Shown here piece by piece: positions 9,794 to 19,445 of a stretch of DNA of 63,378 nucleotides. Position numbers and translations under genes: made by a program. A model generated the notes under the pieces. The model ran no database searches. It had not been told where the DNA came from and saw only the letters and a list, made by a program, of their open reading frames with translations. The DNA comes from a virus (taxonomy: Duplodnaviria; Caudoviricetes): positions 1-63,378 of IMG/VR virus record IMGVR_UViG_3300025168_013869; one strand, 5' to 3'. Positions within the stretch are counted from its first letter, which is position 1, and each line of letters opens with the position of its first letter.

Positions 9794-10138
9794 CTATTTC
9801 CAGAGAATTTGTACCAGAACTAATGTACAAGCTAATACTAATGATATTGCAGTCTTAGCATTTATCCCTTCTCCCATATAATAATTGGTTAGAATTGTAA
9901 ATGTTAACATTCCACATGCAAATCCTATAAATCTACCTGGCCATAACTGACCATCGAAATGTTCTACTACAAACTTAGTTCCCCATATAAACCCATATGA
10001 TATTGGTATTGAAAATATCAATGCCATATAACCTGGATTATTCTTTGCCCAAGGCCAAACAAATTGTCCATTTGTCTGATACCATATAAGCGCCTGTCCT
10101 ACTGTATATAATAATATACCTGCTACTAATTTACTCAT
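9794..10138 (-). CDS. Small four-TM membrane protein (DMT/SMR-like size and topology)
   Basis: 114 aa with four hydrophobic segments. Confidence 0.55.
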   Translation of the reverse strand: MSKLVAGILLYTVGQALIWYQTNGQFVWPWAKNNPGYMALIFSIPISYGFIWGTKFVVEHFDGQLWPGRFIGFACGMLTFTILTNYYMGEGINAKTAISLVLACTLVLVQILWK

Positions 10139-10268
10139 AACTTTTATTTTTTATTAATCTTATTCCAATCCACCAAAGGTCTATTCTTATAAACCAAATT
10201 CCTTTATGCTTTCCAAACCCAAACCGTAACATACGATTTTCTTTATCTAAATTTATTTTACTAAACAT
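10131..10268 (-). CDS. Small basic aromatic-rich hypothetical protein (45 aa)
   Basis: Below the ORF-track cutoff. Manual translation MFSKINLDKENRMLRFGFGKHKGIWFIRIDLWWIGIRLIKNKSYE fills the gap and overlaps both neighbours by 8 nt. Confidence 0.5.
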   Translation of the reverse strand: MFSKINLDKENRMLRFGFGKHKGIWFIRIDLWWIGIRLIKNKSYE

Positions 10269-11553
10269 TTCTACCATTTTCAAATACATGCTTCACCGTC
10301 GGAAATCTTAAACTAATTCCTCCATCTTGATTCTTTGTTTCTTCAAAGTATTGAACGGTAATTGTTTTGCCAATTAATTGTTCTGGATGAGCTTCATATC
10401 TAATTCTTTGCTCTTGGTTCCAACCAGATCCAACTGCTACTTCATTTCCTTTATGAGTAATATATGCCTGAGCTAACATTGGCATTTGTACTTCTTTACC
10501 ATCTCTAATAACCCTATGAGTATCAAAGTCTACACTTTCTACTACATACTCTGCATCAAAGAACTTCTTACACTTCAATAAGTTTTTAGTTCTCTTACCT
10601 TGATAACCAACATTCTTTCTTAACATGATACCTTCATATCCGGCCTTATCAGCTTCTGCAATCATATCATTTAGGTGTTCTACATCTTTAACATATACTT
10701 GATCAAGTACACTTAATGTATCATAATATCCATTATGATGAATTTCACCTTTAAGTTCTTTTATTCTTTCAGATAATTTCATATCACTTTCCTTAGCATC
10801 AAATTCTTTTAATGACAAGTAATCAAATATAACATATCTTGGATTCTCAATAGTATGGTTCTTTCTTTTGATTTGTTTCATTACACCTTGGAAGTCTTCA
10901 TTACCATTTTCATCCATCAAACATATCTCTCCATCTAATACAAAATCTCCTGACATTAATGATACATCATCTAATACCTTTTGTATGGTTGTAAATTCAT
11001 TTCCTTGTCTAGAATAAGCAATTACCATATCTCCTTCCTTTCTAATGATACATCTTACACCATCTAATTTTCTAGATGATAACCACCTTTCATTTTCAAA
11101 GTCACAAAATTTCTCTTCATATTTAGTTGCTAAGGCAACATCAAAGGTTGGAATTAATCCTGGTATAACTTTATTGATAACTGAATCGGATGCTCTAAGT
11201 TCTAGGTTCCTATCTATAATAGAGAAGATCAAATCTTTATATTCTTTATGTTCTCCAACATATCCATTTACCATTGCAATTGCATCATGTCCAGTATATG
11301 TTCTATTATTAAGATCATCAAATAAATCAAATATATCATCATAATTAGAATTCATATCACATATAGCTGCATTCTTTTTACAATTCTTTGAAGTAAGATA
11401 ATACTTCTTATATGGATCATATGTATAATTTAACGCGGTTGTAATGAACTTATTATCTTTAACTGAACCAATAATAACCTTTTTCTCTAATAGAGAAGAA
11501 GTGGATTTCATATTGTTAACAAATTCTTGGAGTTCTTTTAGCTTTTCTTTCAT
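10261..11553 (-). CDS. ATP-dependent DNA ligase
   Basis: Motif I SRKLDGVR, III VLDGEI, IIIa FDYL, IV EGIMLR, V LLKCK, VI SLRFP. Confidence 0.95.
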   Translation of the reverse strand: MKEKLKELQEFVNNMKSTSSLLEKKVIIGSVKDNKFITTALNYTYDPYKKYYLTSKNCKKNAAICDMNSNYDDIFDLFDDLNNRTYTGHDAIAMVNGYVGEHKEYKDLIFSIIDRNLELRASDSVINKVIPGLIPTFDVALATKYEEKFCDFENERWLSSRKLDGVRCIIRKEGDMVIAYSRQGNEFTTIQKVLDDVSLMSGDFVLDGEICLMDENGNEDFQGVMKQIKRKNHTIENPRYVIFDYLSLKEFDAKESDMKLSERIKELKGEIHHNGYYDTLSVLDQVYVKDVEHLNDMIAEADKAGYEGIMLRKNVGYQGKRTKNLLKCKKFFDAEYVVESVDFDTHRVIRDGKEVQMPMLAQAYITHKGNEVAVGSGWNQEQRIRYEAHPEQLIGKTITVQYFEETKNQDGGISLRFPTVKHVFENGRNV

Positions 11554-11577
11554 CTTATATTAATTTTTAATTATATA

Positions 11578-11609
11578 TAAAGATAAGGAAAATATCTCGT
11601 ACTACCAAA
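11578..11609 (-). promoter_or_regulatory. Class A promoter TTTG-N20-TATCTTTA
   Basis: Matches the Bacteroidota -33 TTTG / -7 TAnnTTTG architecture; one of 8 sites with identical 20-nt spacing. Confidence 0.75.
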
Positions 11610-11625
11610 TCTTTTGGCAGCTTTT

Positions 11626-12072
11626 TTACAGAAAAGTTTCAATTTTCTTTAAGATATCATTAGGTATTTTTTGGTCTTGTTTGCCTATTTCAGAATTTGA
11701 ATCTGGTATATCTTCTGCCATAACAACATCACCAGACATTTCCCATGGACCCCAAGTTCCATCCTCTGACATAAACCTTGCTGCTTCTTCTGGAGTATAA
11801 TATTTACATTCTTCTGGATTGATTCTTCCTAACGCATAATAAACTTTTGTTGGTACTTCTAATTTTCTTCCGTTGGAATGATCCATAACAGTATTCCTAG
11901 ATTCAACCCAACAATGACCATACCGCATACCTTCTAATGCACCTTGACCATTTACCATACCATGTACTAGTTTATGGTCTTTATCACCAAAGAAATTCAT
12001 TATAAGTCTTCCTCCGGCTTGATAACAGTCGCCTAACTTACCTTCTAATAATATTTGTTTTAATTTTATCAT
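11626..12072 (-). CDS. Transglutaminase/papain-like Cys-His-Asp protein with KLKxIL-x-E leader
   Basis: GDCY...GHCWVE...MDHS; starts MIKLKQILLEG. Confidence 0.55.
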   Translation of the reverse strand: MIKLKQILLEGKLGDCYQAGGRLIMNFFGDKDHKLVHGMVNGQGALEGMRYGHCWVESRNTVMDHSNGRKLEVPTKVYYALGRINPEECKYYTPEEAARFMSEDGTWGPWEMSGDVVMAEDIPDSNSEIGKQDQKIPNDILKKIETFL

Positions 12073-12599
12073 AAATCCAGGTCCTCTATATTTGGGTCTT
12101 CTTCAACGTATCGGTCTGGATCTAAATCCTTTGCAAATTTTTTATCTACAAATTGTTCTTGTCCTACCGGATCATATATATTACCTTTTTTATCTACCAA
12201 CCAATAATGTGGAATATATTTCCAGGATTCTGAATACTTACTGTTTTCAATCCAAACCCGTCTTTCTTTAGCACTATTAAAGTTACCACCATCTTCTAAA
12301 AATTCTATTTTCATTTCTTGAGTAAAATCTTTTTTACCTGATACTACTCTATCTGCTCTAAAATATCCTTGTGTTTTGTTTGGAAATGGACTATCTAATT
12401 CTATACCATATTCTTTTTTTGCAAACATCATAATATCTAATGCGGCTGGTCCACAATTATCTCGTCTACAATAATATGCGTGCATATTTGTTCCGGTCCA
12501 ATTTTTATCATCAGCCTTTGTCTTTTCTCTCCAAGCATCTAGTACCTCTTCAGGTTTTGGAGTCATCGATTCTAATATGTCTTTTAATTTTATCGCCAT
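12069..12599 (-). CDS. Transglutaminase/papain-like Cys-His-Asp protein with KLKxIL-E leader
   Basis: DNCGPAA...PHYWLV...IYDP; starts MAIKLKDILES. Confidence 0.5.
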   Translation of the reverse strand: MAIKLKDILESMTPKPEEVLDAWREKTKADDKNWTGTNMHAYYCRRDNCGPAALDIMMFAKKEYGIELDSPFPNKTQGYFRADRVVSGKKDFTQEMKIEFLEDGGNFNSAKERRVWIENSKYSESWKYIPHYWLVDKKGNIYDPVGQEQFVDKKFAKDLDPDRYVEEDPNIEDLDL

Positions 12600-12835
12600 G
12601 GTAACATTGTCATTCCAATTTTATTTAATATGAATTCCATTATAATTACAAATGATATTCCACCTACTATCTGCCATACCCAAAACTTCCAACCTGTCAA
12701 TCCTTCTTGCCATTTACGGAATCTGCTTTTCTTTGCCCACTCATACAATCCTAATTTAGAATTAATCTTATCTGCCCACCAACTCATATCAAATATGTTT
12801 CCTAACATCTTATAGAATTTTAACATTATTCCCAC
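12590..12835 (-). CDS. Small Trp-rich membrane protein
   Basis: C-terminal TM helix; overlaps both neighbours. Confidence 0.55.
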   Translation of the reverse strand: MGIMLKFYKMLGNIFDMSWWADKINSKLGLYEWAKKSRFRKWQEGLTGWKFWVWQIVGGISFVIIMEFILNKIGMTMLPWR

Positions 12836-13014
12836 TTCCTATTATATTTGTCCCTCTGGTCGACCATAACATATTCAACTGTATCGTGTTCACCACAATG
12901 AGGACATCTCAATTTTTCAATATGCTCTGCTTCATTGATTTTCCATTCACCTCCACATTTCTTATTACTACATTTATAAATATACGTGTGTCGTATAAAT
13001 ACCTTGTGCCCCAT
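12826..13014 (-). CDS. Small zinc-ribbon protein
   Basis: CSNKKC...CPHC; likely start ATG 13014 (TAATG overlap with the upstream stop). Confidence 0.65.
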   Translation of the reverse strand: MGHKVFIRHTYIYKCSNKKCGGEWKINEAEHIEKLRCPHCGEHDTVEYVMVDQRDKYNRKWE

Positions 13015-14015
13015 TAGATATACTCTCGCCAATTCTTTTCTGCATTAGATGCTTCTTTTTCAAATGGATTATTTTCATATCCTCCTTCTCTATATTCTTT
13101 CCATTTTGATGGGTCTTGTAATGAATGAGTATATTCATGTAACAGAGCTTTAATAATATGTTCTTCACTATGCATATTTGGATAATAGATAAATATCTTA
13201 TTTTCTTCATCATCATATTGTGCTTCTGAACTATGACTTTCTTCTCCTGTTGCTCCTGGAATTCCACTTAGTCTTGCATATATATCTGTATGTAATTCTA
13301 CTACCGGGACAGTATTTCCAAATATACTTTTTCCTAAGTCATTTACTATGCTAGGATATACCCTATCTATTATATCTTTTATTACATTCTTAGACATTCC
13401 TTCTGATAATATAGCGTTTATTTTAGAACTTTTTATATTAGAAAAGTTTATTTTACTAGTTGGTAATACCCTTTCTTTAATCAATTTTGTTATTGACTGT
13501 ACATCAGGATATCGTTTTAACATATTTCTTACGGCTGCTATATTCTTATTTGAGTCGTCCATAAAATATACTGTATCGTAACCTTTAAGTATTTGTTGTT
13601 CTATCCAATCAGCTTTTAATTTTGGGTCTGCACTTCCTATAGGAACTACATATGCATCTATACCTACAGTCTTTAAAAAACTAGTTACTGGAGCTCCCAA
13701 TCTTCTTGCAGTTAATATAGTTACCTTCCTAGTTCCTCTTGAAGCTCTCTTTGCTTTATCTATCTGCCTTCTTAATAAATCTGCATTCAATTTAATTAAT
13801 CTTGGATTTCGTAAAGGTCGATCAAAATCTTTGAAGTCAAATTCTTCTCCTGGTTTTTGTTTGTATACTGCAAATTGTGCAGGATCTAACTTTTTTGTAA
13901 CTCTTCCTGCCCGCGTGACATATATCCATGCATCTGATTTTGCTATTGTGTCATCAAAATCAAATACTGATAAAACTTTACGTTCTACTAAATACATATC
14001 TTTTAGAGTTAGCAT
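13014..14015 (-). CDS. Fusion of HAD-family phosphatase and HExxH metallopeptidase-like domain
   Basis: N-terminal FDFDDT (DxDxT), ILTAR, K and FMDDS HAD motifs; C-terminal ALLHEYTH...NPFEKEA. Confidence 0.7.
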   Translation of the reverse strand: MLTLKDMYLVERKVLSVFDFDDTIAKSDAWIYVTRAGRVTKKLDPAQFAVYKQKPGEEFDFKDFDRPLRNPRLIKLNADLLRRQIDKAKRASRGTRKVTILTARRLGAPVTSFLKTVGIDAYVVPIGSADPKLKADWIEQQILKGYDTVYFMDDSNKNIAAVRNMLKRYPDVQSITKLIKERVLPTSKINFSNIKSSKINAILSEGMSKNVIKDIIDRVYPSIVNDLGKSIFGNTVPVVELHTDIYARLSGIPGATGEESHSSEAQYDDEENKIFIYYPNMHSEEHIIKALLHEYTHSLQDPSKWKEYREGGYENNPFEKEASNAEKNWREYI

Positions 14016-14644
14016 CCTACTTCATCAAGATCTTTAGATTCTAATAATGTATATGAAAATGAATTACCATGTATTTCTCTAGCTGCTTGGCAGATATCTA
14101 AAAATTCATGCCAATCATCATTATCAGCAATTACCTGACATCCTGCAGACCATTTATCTACTCTTGTAGATTTATTTCCTGCCCGACCAGTTGCTCTATG
14201 AATATTAATTCCAAATAATCCTGTATCTGTTTTTGATTCATCTAAGTCATAATTACCATCACGGTCATTATCTCTATAAACAGTTACATCTTTCTTTTGA
14301 CCTAATGCTAAATATTTTCCTGCATGCAATCTAAGTTTATGTGAACCTCTATATTGGCCTGGCTTTAGTATAGCAGTACCCTTACTTTCTACTATTGGAT
14401 TATTCATATATGCAGATCCTGGATCTGTTGTACAATCGAATACATGAAATTCCCATTCACCATCTATTTTATATGATATCGTTATTTTATCATCAAAGGC
14501 ATTTGTAACTCTACCTTTTGTTTCATTGTTTCGTATTCCTACGATATTAACATCATATCCTTTGTTACTGTTATCTTCAAACCATTTGTAGCCTTTATCT
14601 TTTACGGCATTTTCAATTTGATTAAGATTTAATTCATCTAACAT
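14009..14644 (-). CDS. YkuD/L,D-transpeptidase-fold cell-wall enzyme (candidate endolysin)
   Basis: GINIH...WSAGCQV His/Cys catalytic signature and TTDPG motif. Confidence 0.7.
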   Translation of the reverse strand: MLDELNLNQIENAVKDKGYKWFEDNSNKGYDVNIVGIRNNETKGRVTNAFDDKITISYKIDGEWEFHVFDCTTDPGSAYMNNPIVESKGTAILKPGQYRGSHKLRLHAGKYLALGQKKDVTVYRDNDRDGNYDLDESKTDTGLFGINIHRATGRAGNKSTRVDKWSAGCQVIADNDDWHEFLDICQAAREIHGNSFSYTLLESKDLDEVGC

Positions 14645-14677
14645 TTGTTTTTCTCCTTTACTGTTGGTTGTTATTTA

Positions 14678-14688
14678 ATATAAATATA
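14678..14688 (-). promoter_or_regulatory. Class B-like motif TATATTTATAT
   Basis: Intergenic, upstream of ATG 14644; no -33 element at the class A spacing. Confidence 0.55.
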
Positions 14689-14702
14689 AGGAAATAAGTA
14701 AA

Positions 14703-14945
14703 TTACTGAGTTCTGACTTGTAGCTTTTTTATCTGATCTAAAAATTCTTCTACTGTATACTTCTTTCCTGTATCATCTAGTAGAATAATATGTTCTAACA
14801 CGTCAGGAGCTTCTTTAATTATCTTTTGTAAACTTTCAAAACCCGTTCCTGCCCAGAAAACTTTGAAAGAGCTTTCTCCTAATAAATATCTCTCATTTAT
14901 TAGATCCTGTTGTTTATATCCTAATGGTAATATAAAGTATTGCAT
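14703..14945 (-). CDS. Hypothetical protein
   Basis: 80 aa; TAATG coupling. Confidence 0.6.
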   Translation of the reverse strand: MQYFILPLGYKQQDLINERYLLGESSFKVFWAGTGFESLQKIIKEAPDVLEHIILLDDTGKKYTVEEFLDQIKKLQVRTQ

Positions 14946-15784
14946 TATATAATTGATCTACCTTTAAGATCTTCCCAATCTCTTTCTTTTCTTACTGTTA
15001 AATTTGTAGACCATACACCTACTAATGTATTTGGATGAATTCCTAATTCTTCTGCGAACCCAATCATTGCTCTTACATCTTTAGGAAAACATGAGCCACC
15101 AAAACCATTTTTACCATCAGGTCCAGGAACACTTAAATGACTATGTCCAATTCTACCATCTCTAACAAATCCATCTACTGCTGTATCCCAATCTACTCCA
15201 CATTTATCTGATATTAGCTTCATTTCATTTAAGAAAGAAATTTTGGTTGCAAAGAAACAGTTATTCATATATTTTATCATTTCAGCTGTTTCATAATTAG
15301 TTTCAATACATGGTGTTGAGTCTCCAAATCTCCATTGATATAATTTTTTAACTTTATTTGTATCTTCTATTTCTCCGCCTAAAACAAATCTAGCTTGATT
15401 AATAAAATCAAAGTTCGCAGATCTCTCTGTTAGGAATTCCGGATTAAATACTATTGGTAAATTAAATTTATTTTGTAGTTTTCTTGTTGTTCCAGGTGTT
15501 ACTGTAGATCGTATTAAGATAATTGGTCCAGCTTCATAAACATCTTTAATCTCTGATAATACTGATTCTAATATACCTAAGTGCATACTACCGTCTGGAT
15601 TAGATGGTGTAGGAACAGATAAGAATATAAAATCTGATTCATTAACTGTTTCTTTAAGTGTATGAGTTGATTTACTTTTGTCTTTATCATATATTCTAAT
15701 TTCTGCATCACAGCCAACATTTGGTGAAAACCCGAACTGTACTGCTGATCCAACAAATCCTCTTCCTATTATACCTATCTTCAT
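14945..15784 (-). CDS. UDP-glucose/GDP-mannose dehydrogenase family (short form)
   Basis: GRGFVG Rossmann motif, VPTP, RSTVTPGTT, FNPEFL, AEMIKY, catalytic GFGGSCFPKD. Confidence 0.9.
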   Translation of the reverse strand: MKIGIIGRGFVGSAVQFGFSPNVGCDAEIRIYDKDKSKSTHTLKETVNESDFIFLSVPTPSNPDGSMHLGILESVLSEIKDVYEAGPIILIRSTVTPGTTRKLQNKFNLPIVFNPEFLTERSANFDFINQARFVLGGEIEDTNKVKKLYQWRFGDSTPCIETNYETAEMIKYMNNCFFATKISFLNEMKLISDKCGVDWDTAVDGFVRDGRIGHSHLSVPGPDGKNGFGGSCFPKDVRAMIGFAEELGIHPNTLVGVWSTNLTVRKERDWEDLKGRSII

Positions 15785-16686
15785 ATTCCTAATTCCGTTT
15801 TATATTTGTTAATCCATTTTTGTAAGTCACCATTTGGTTTCCAATCTAAATCTAAATCAATTTTTGCTGTACTAGCCAATGTCTCAAATGGTTCAATAAC
15901 TTTATTACCATAACTCTTTTCTCCTCCCATCATATCAACTATTTCATTTACTGATACATTATCTCCATTCCCTATATTATACACCTCTCCATTGAATTCC
16001 TTTTCTGATGATGCAACTAACATATTTGCATTTACAACATCTCCTACATATGTCATATCTCTTTTTTGATTACCATCATTATTAATAGTACATGGGTTAC
16101 CTGCTTTTATCTGAGAAGCAAAGATTGGTATGGCTAATCTATATGCACCATCTAATGCCATCCTATCACCATACACATTAAAGTATCTTAAACATACAGT
16201 ATCAATATCATATAAAGTACTAAATAGTTTACAGTATTGTTCTCCAATTAATTTATGTAATGCATAAGGTGATATTGGATTCAGTTTATGATCTTCACTA
16301 GTTGGTACAGATGCATTTCCGTATACAGAACTTGATGAACTGAATATAAATTTAGGAACTCCTGCTTTTACGGCAGCTGCTAATAAATTATGTGTTCCAG
16401 TTACATTGACATTATGGTATGGAATTGGTTCTTCAATAGATGGTTGAACTCTTGCTAATGCTGCTAAATGGAATATTGCATCTACACCATCCATAAATAC
16501 TGCAAGGTCTTCTATAGGCGCTGATGCAATATCTACTTTCCAACAATATGCAGCTGGGTTAACATTTTCTACTTTACCTGTTGAGAAGTCGTCTAATATA
16601 GATACTTGTACTCCATCACTAATCAATCTATCTACTATATGAGAACCTATAAAACCGGCTCCTCCTGTTACTATTACTTTTTGCAT
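15781..16686 (-). CDS. NAD-dependent nucleotide-sugar epimerase/dehydratase (extended SDR)
   Basis: TGGAGFIGSH, SSSSVYG, YALHK (YxxxK), LRYFNVYG. Confidence 0.92.
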   Translation of the reverse strand: MQKVIVTGGAGFIGSHIVDRLISDGVQVSILDDFSTGKVENVNPAAYCWKVDIASAPIEDLAVFMDGVDAIFHLAALARVQPSIEEPIPYHNVNVTGTHNLLAAAVKAGVPKFIFSSSSSVYGNASVPTSEDHKLNPISPYALHKLIGEQYCKLFSTLYDIDTVCLRYFNVYGDRMALDGAYRLAIPIFASQIKAGNPCTINNDGNQKRDMTYVGDVVNANMLVASSEKEFNGEVYNIGNGDNVSVNEIVDMMGGEKSYGNKVIEPFETLASTAKIDLDLDWKPNGDLQKWINKYKTELGI

Positions 16687-17930
16687 ACTATTAAATCTTT
16701 TTCTAATGTTTCTAAACTATTTATTGTTATTTTTAAACTACCTAACTCAAATGAATTTAAAAGAGTATCATTCTTAGTTTGAAGTTCATAAACTAGATCA
16801 TGTAATGATTCATCTGTAGCTATTATTTCTTGTAACTGAACTAAATATTGATAATCTAGTTTAGAAAGTTTCCTTCCATCCATCTCAACCAATACAGAAT
16901 TATTTTTATTATTATCATATGGTTGTACTCTTTCACTTAAATCATATAATGTATTTCTTTTTTCATCTTGGAAGTATGCATTTGTTAAATTATTAAAGTC
17001 ATCTATATAGATGGTGTTACACCATGGTTCAAGTTCTTTTAACAATATATCATTACAATTCTTAATAATGAACCCCAGGTCATACTTAGGTGTAATGATA
17101 GGTTTCAAAAATTCATCATGTTTAACCATCTGTCCCCATTTTCTTATAAAATTTCTAGTTGATTTATGGTTTTGAGTCAACCATTCATCTGTTTCTCTAT
17201 TCTTCATAAAAACATTTCCATCTGGATTTCTTTTAGCTCCATCTGCAAATCTAGATCCTCTACATGTCATATGATATACAAATCCTCTCCATGTTTGAAT
17301 AAACTTAATTCCATTTAACTGAAATCTATTAAAGATATCTGAATCTTCTTTTGATTGTGGCGCATATAATGGATCATGTCCATTTATCTCTTGAAAATCC
17401 TTTTTATAGAATGCCCATGGAGCAAATATACCATCAGTAGTTGGAATTTCATCTCCTTGCATAAATCCGGCTAACCATCTTAATAATTCATCTTCCTTAA
17501 ACTCTTCAGGCTCTATTCCAAAATCTTCTAATATCTTTTCTGGTCCTGGTGGATGTAATGGTGGTTCTATTCTTGTAAGAGATACTATTGTTTTTTCTTT
17601 TATTTCAGACTGGATTGCATCTAATGCTCCTGGACATAAATACATATCAGCATGATATATCATACAAATATCACTTGTGGCTACTTCATTAACTAATCTA
17701 TCATATAATATAGTATGGCCTAATCTAGTCGGACCTTCATTTCGTATTGCTGCAAAATTAGAATCTTCATTCATCATTTGTTGACACCATTCCCATGTAC
17801 CATCATTTGAAAAGTCATCTGCTATACAAATTTCTACTTCATGATTACCTTGGTTCTTTCTTATCGAATCATAAGACCATTTAAGATACTTAAGATTATT
17901 TCTTCCTGGTTGTATTAAACTTATTTTCAT
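16674..17930 (-). CDS. Glycosyltransferase family 2
   Basis: ADDFSNDGT, HAD at the DxD position, SKEDSD acceptor motif. Confidence 0.8.
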   Translation of the reverse strand: MKISLIQPGRNNLKYLKWSYDSIRKNQGNHEVEICIADDFSNDGTWEWCQQMMNEDSNFAAIRNEGPTRLGHTILYDRLVNEVATSDICMIYHADMYLCPGALDAIQSEIKEKTIVSLTRIEPPLHPPGPEKILEDFGIEPEEFKEDELLRWLAGFMQGDEIPTTDGIFAPWAFYKKDFQEINGHDPLYAPQSKEDSDIFNRFQLNGIKFIQTWRGFVYHMTCRGSRFADGAKRNPDGNVFMKNRETDEWLTQNHKSTRNFIRKWGQMVKHDEFLKPIITPKYDLGFIIKNCNDILLKELEPWCNTIYIDDFNNLTNAYFQDEKRNTLYDLSERVQPYDNNKNNSVLVEMDGRKLSKLDYQYLVQLQEIIATDESLHDLVYELQTKNDTLLNSFELGSLKITINSLETLEKDLIVCKK

Positions 17931-18541
17931 TTTTTCCTTTTTAATGCTACTATAGTTTGTAATGTATCTTGTACAGAATCAATAACATCATAATACTCTG
18001 TTATGACTTGGTATGGTGGACGCTTCCAATAATCATGTATAAATACAATTGAATCATCATCTATATAATTAAGTATCTTAAATGCACAATCAGCTCGGGC
18101 CCTTCCATCTATTAGTACAAAATCATATATCTTAGTTTTTAATTTATCTACCCAATCTATATATTCATGAAATACAAATCTATTTTTTGGATAGATGCAA
18201 TAATCTAAATCTGGAATGCTATTAGTTGTTAATTTGGATAACTCATGAATTTCCGTTTCCCATTTATCATAGAAAGCTTTTTTAGCAGTTGGAACTTCTT
18301 TTGATATATCTACTAAATTAAAATCTATATTACTAAGGCCGGATTCTTTAATTGTATCCTGTACATTAATGTACCAATCTAAATTATGTTCTATACTTAC
18401 ATAATGATTTACTTCTTTAGAAAATATTAATGTACTTCCACCACAACCCCATTCTAACATTGTAGAGTCTGGCTTCTGTTGTATATACTTTAGTATTAAT
18501 TCCTTTTCTTTTGGGTCCATCCAAAGATTTATATCTGACAT
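17927..18541 (-). CDS. Class I SAM-dependent methyltransferase
   Basis: MLEWGCGGST, SIEH, DFVLIDGRAR, FIHD. Confidence 0.8.
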   Translation of the reverse strand: MSDINLWMDPKEKELILKYIQQKPDSTMLEWGCGGSTLIFSKEVNHYVSIEHNLDWYINVQDTIKESGLSNIDFNLVDISKEVPTAKKAFYDKWETEIHELSKLTTNSIPDLDYCIYPKNRFVFHEYIDWVDKLKTKIYDFVLIDGRARADCAFKILNYIDDDSIVFIHDYWKRPPYQVITEYYDVIDSVQDTLQTIVALKRKK

Positions 18542-18542
18542 A

Positions 18543-19445
18543 TTATTCTTTATCTAATTTAAACTTACTCTCATGATAATATTCCTTATAATTTTTTCGC
18601 GCTTCATTACTACAATATAAATAAAATTCTTCATCTTTCCTAAGCATTTTTGCTATTTGTTTTGCTTTTGTTAAATCTCCTACATCTACTGTACATGCAG
18701 GGTGGCATATCATTTGAGTATCCAATCCTTCATACCCAATACATGGAATTCCTAAATATGCACAATTAAGAGCAAATGTTCCTGCTGCATGAGTTCTCAT
18801 TAAATGAACTCCATATTTTCTTTTACTTAATTCTACTATCCAATTAGTCCAATTCAAATATGATAAATGAGTTAAATTTTCCATTTGCTCTTCACCTTCT
18901 ATTTTTCTACCCATACTTGGTACTGTTACATCTGTACCAAATTCTTGTGCTACCATATATGAATCAAATCCACCATACCAATGACAGAAATTTCCACCCA
19001 TCATTACTCCTTCTCGTAGTACATATGTATTACTGATAGTATCTTCTATCATTAGACTTGATAATACTTTACATTCTTTGCCTGTAAGTCCGTGGTAGTA
19101 CTTTTTATCTATTTCATTATGTACATATAGAAAATCCATATCTTGTAATGTATTATAATACCATATTTGTAGATCTAATGGATAGTCTTGGAAATACCAA
19201 TGAGGTCCTTCTTGCATTGATGCTACCTGCTTACAATGTTTACGAATTCTTTCAACATTAAATTGAGGATTCTTTTTAGGTATAATACATACTGCTAGAT
19301 CATATTCACCTTGAATATCACCTCCGTGTATATTATAATGATCTGCTTCAAGTGTGCACATCCAGGCCATTTCAGTTCTCATATTTGGATTATCTCTTGA
19401 GACTTTACCTGTCCAATTACCTTCTGTAAAAAATGCTATTTTCAT
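18543..19445 (-). CDS. Putative GT-B glycosyltransferase
   Basis: C-terminal AAGTFALNCAYLGIPCIG resembles the GT-B nucleotide-binding segment; glycan-island context. Confidence 0.55.
   Translation of the reverse strand: MKIAFFTEGNWTGKVSRDNPNMRTEMAWMCTLEADHYNIHGGDIQGEYDLAVCIIPKKNPQFNVERIRKHCKQVASMQEGPHWYFQDYPLDLQIWYYNTLQDMDFLYVHNEIDKKYYHGLTGKECKVLSSLMIEDTISNTYVLREGVMMGGNFCHWYGGFDSYMVAQEFGTDVTVPSMGRKIEGEEQMENLTHLSYLNWTNWIVELSKRKYGVHLMRTHAAGTFALNCAYLGIPCIGYEGLDTQMICHPACTVDVGDLTKAKQIAKMLRKDEEFYLYCSNEARKNYKEYYHESKFKLDKE

Noticed and set aside
12974-13267. 97-aa minus-strand ORF
   Set aside because: Out-of-frame overlap with the HExxH domain of 13014..14015; no independent evidence
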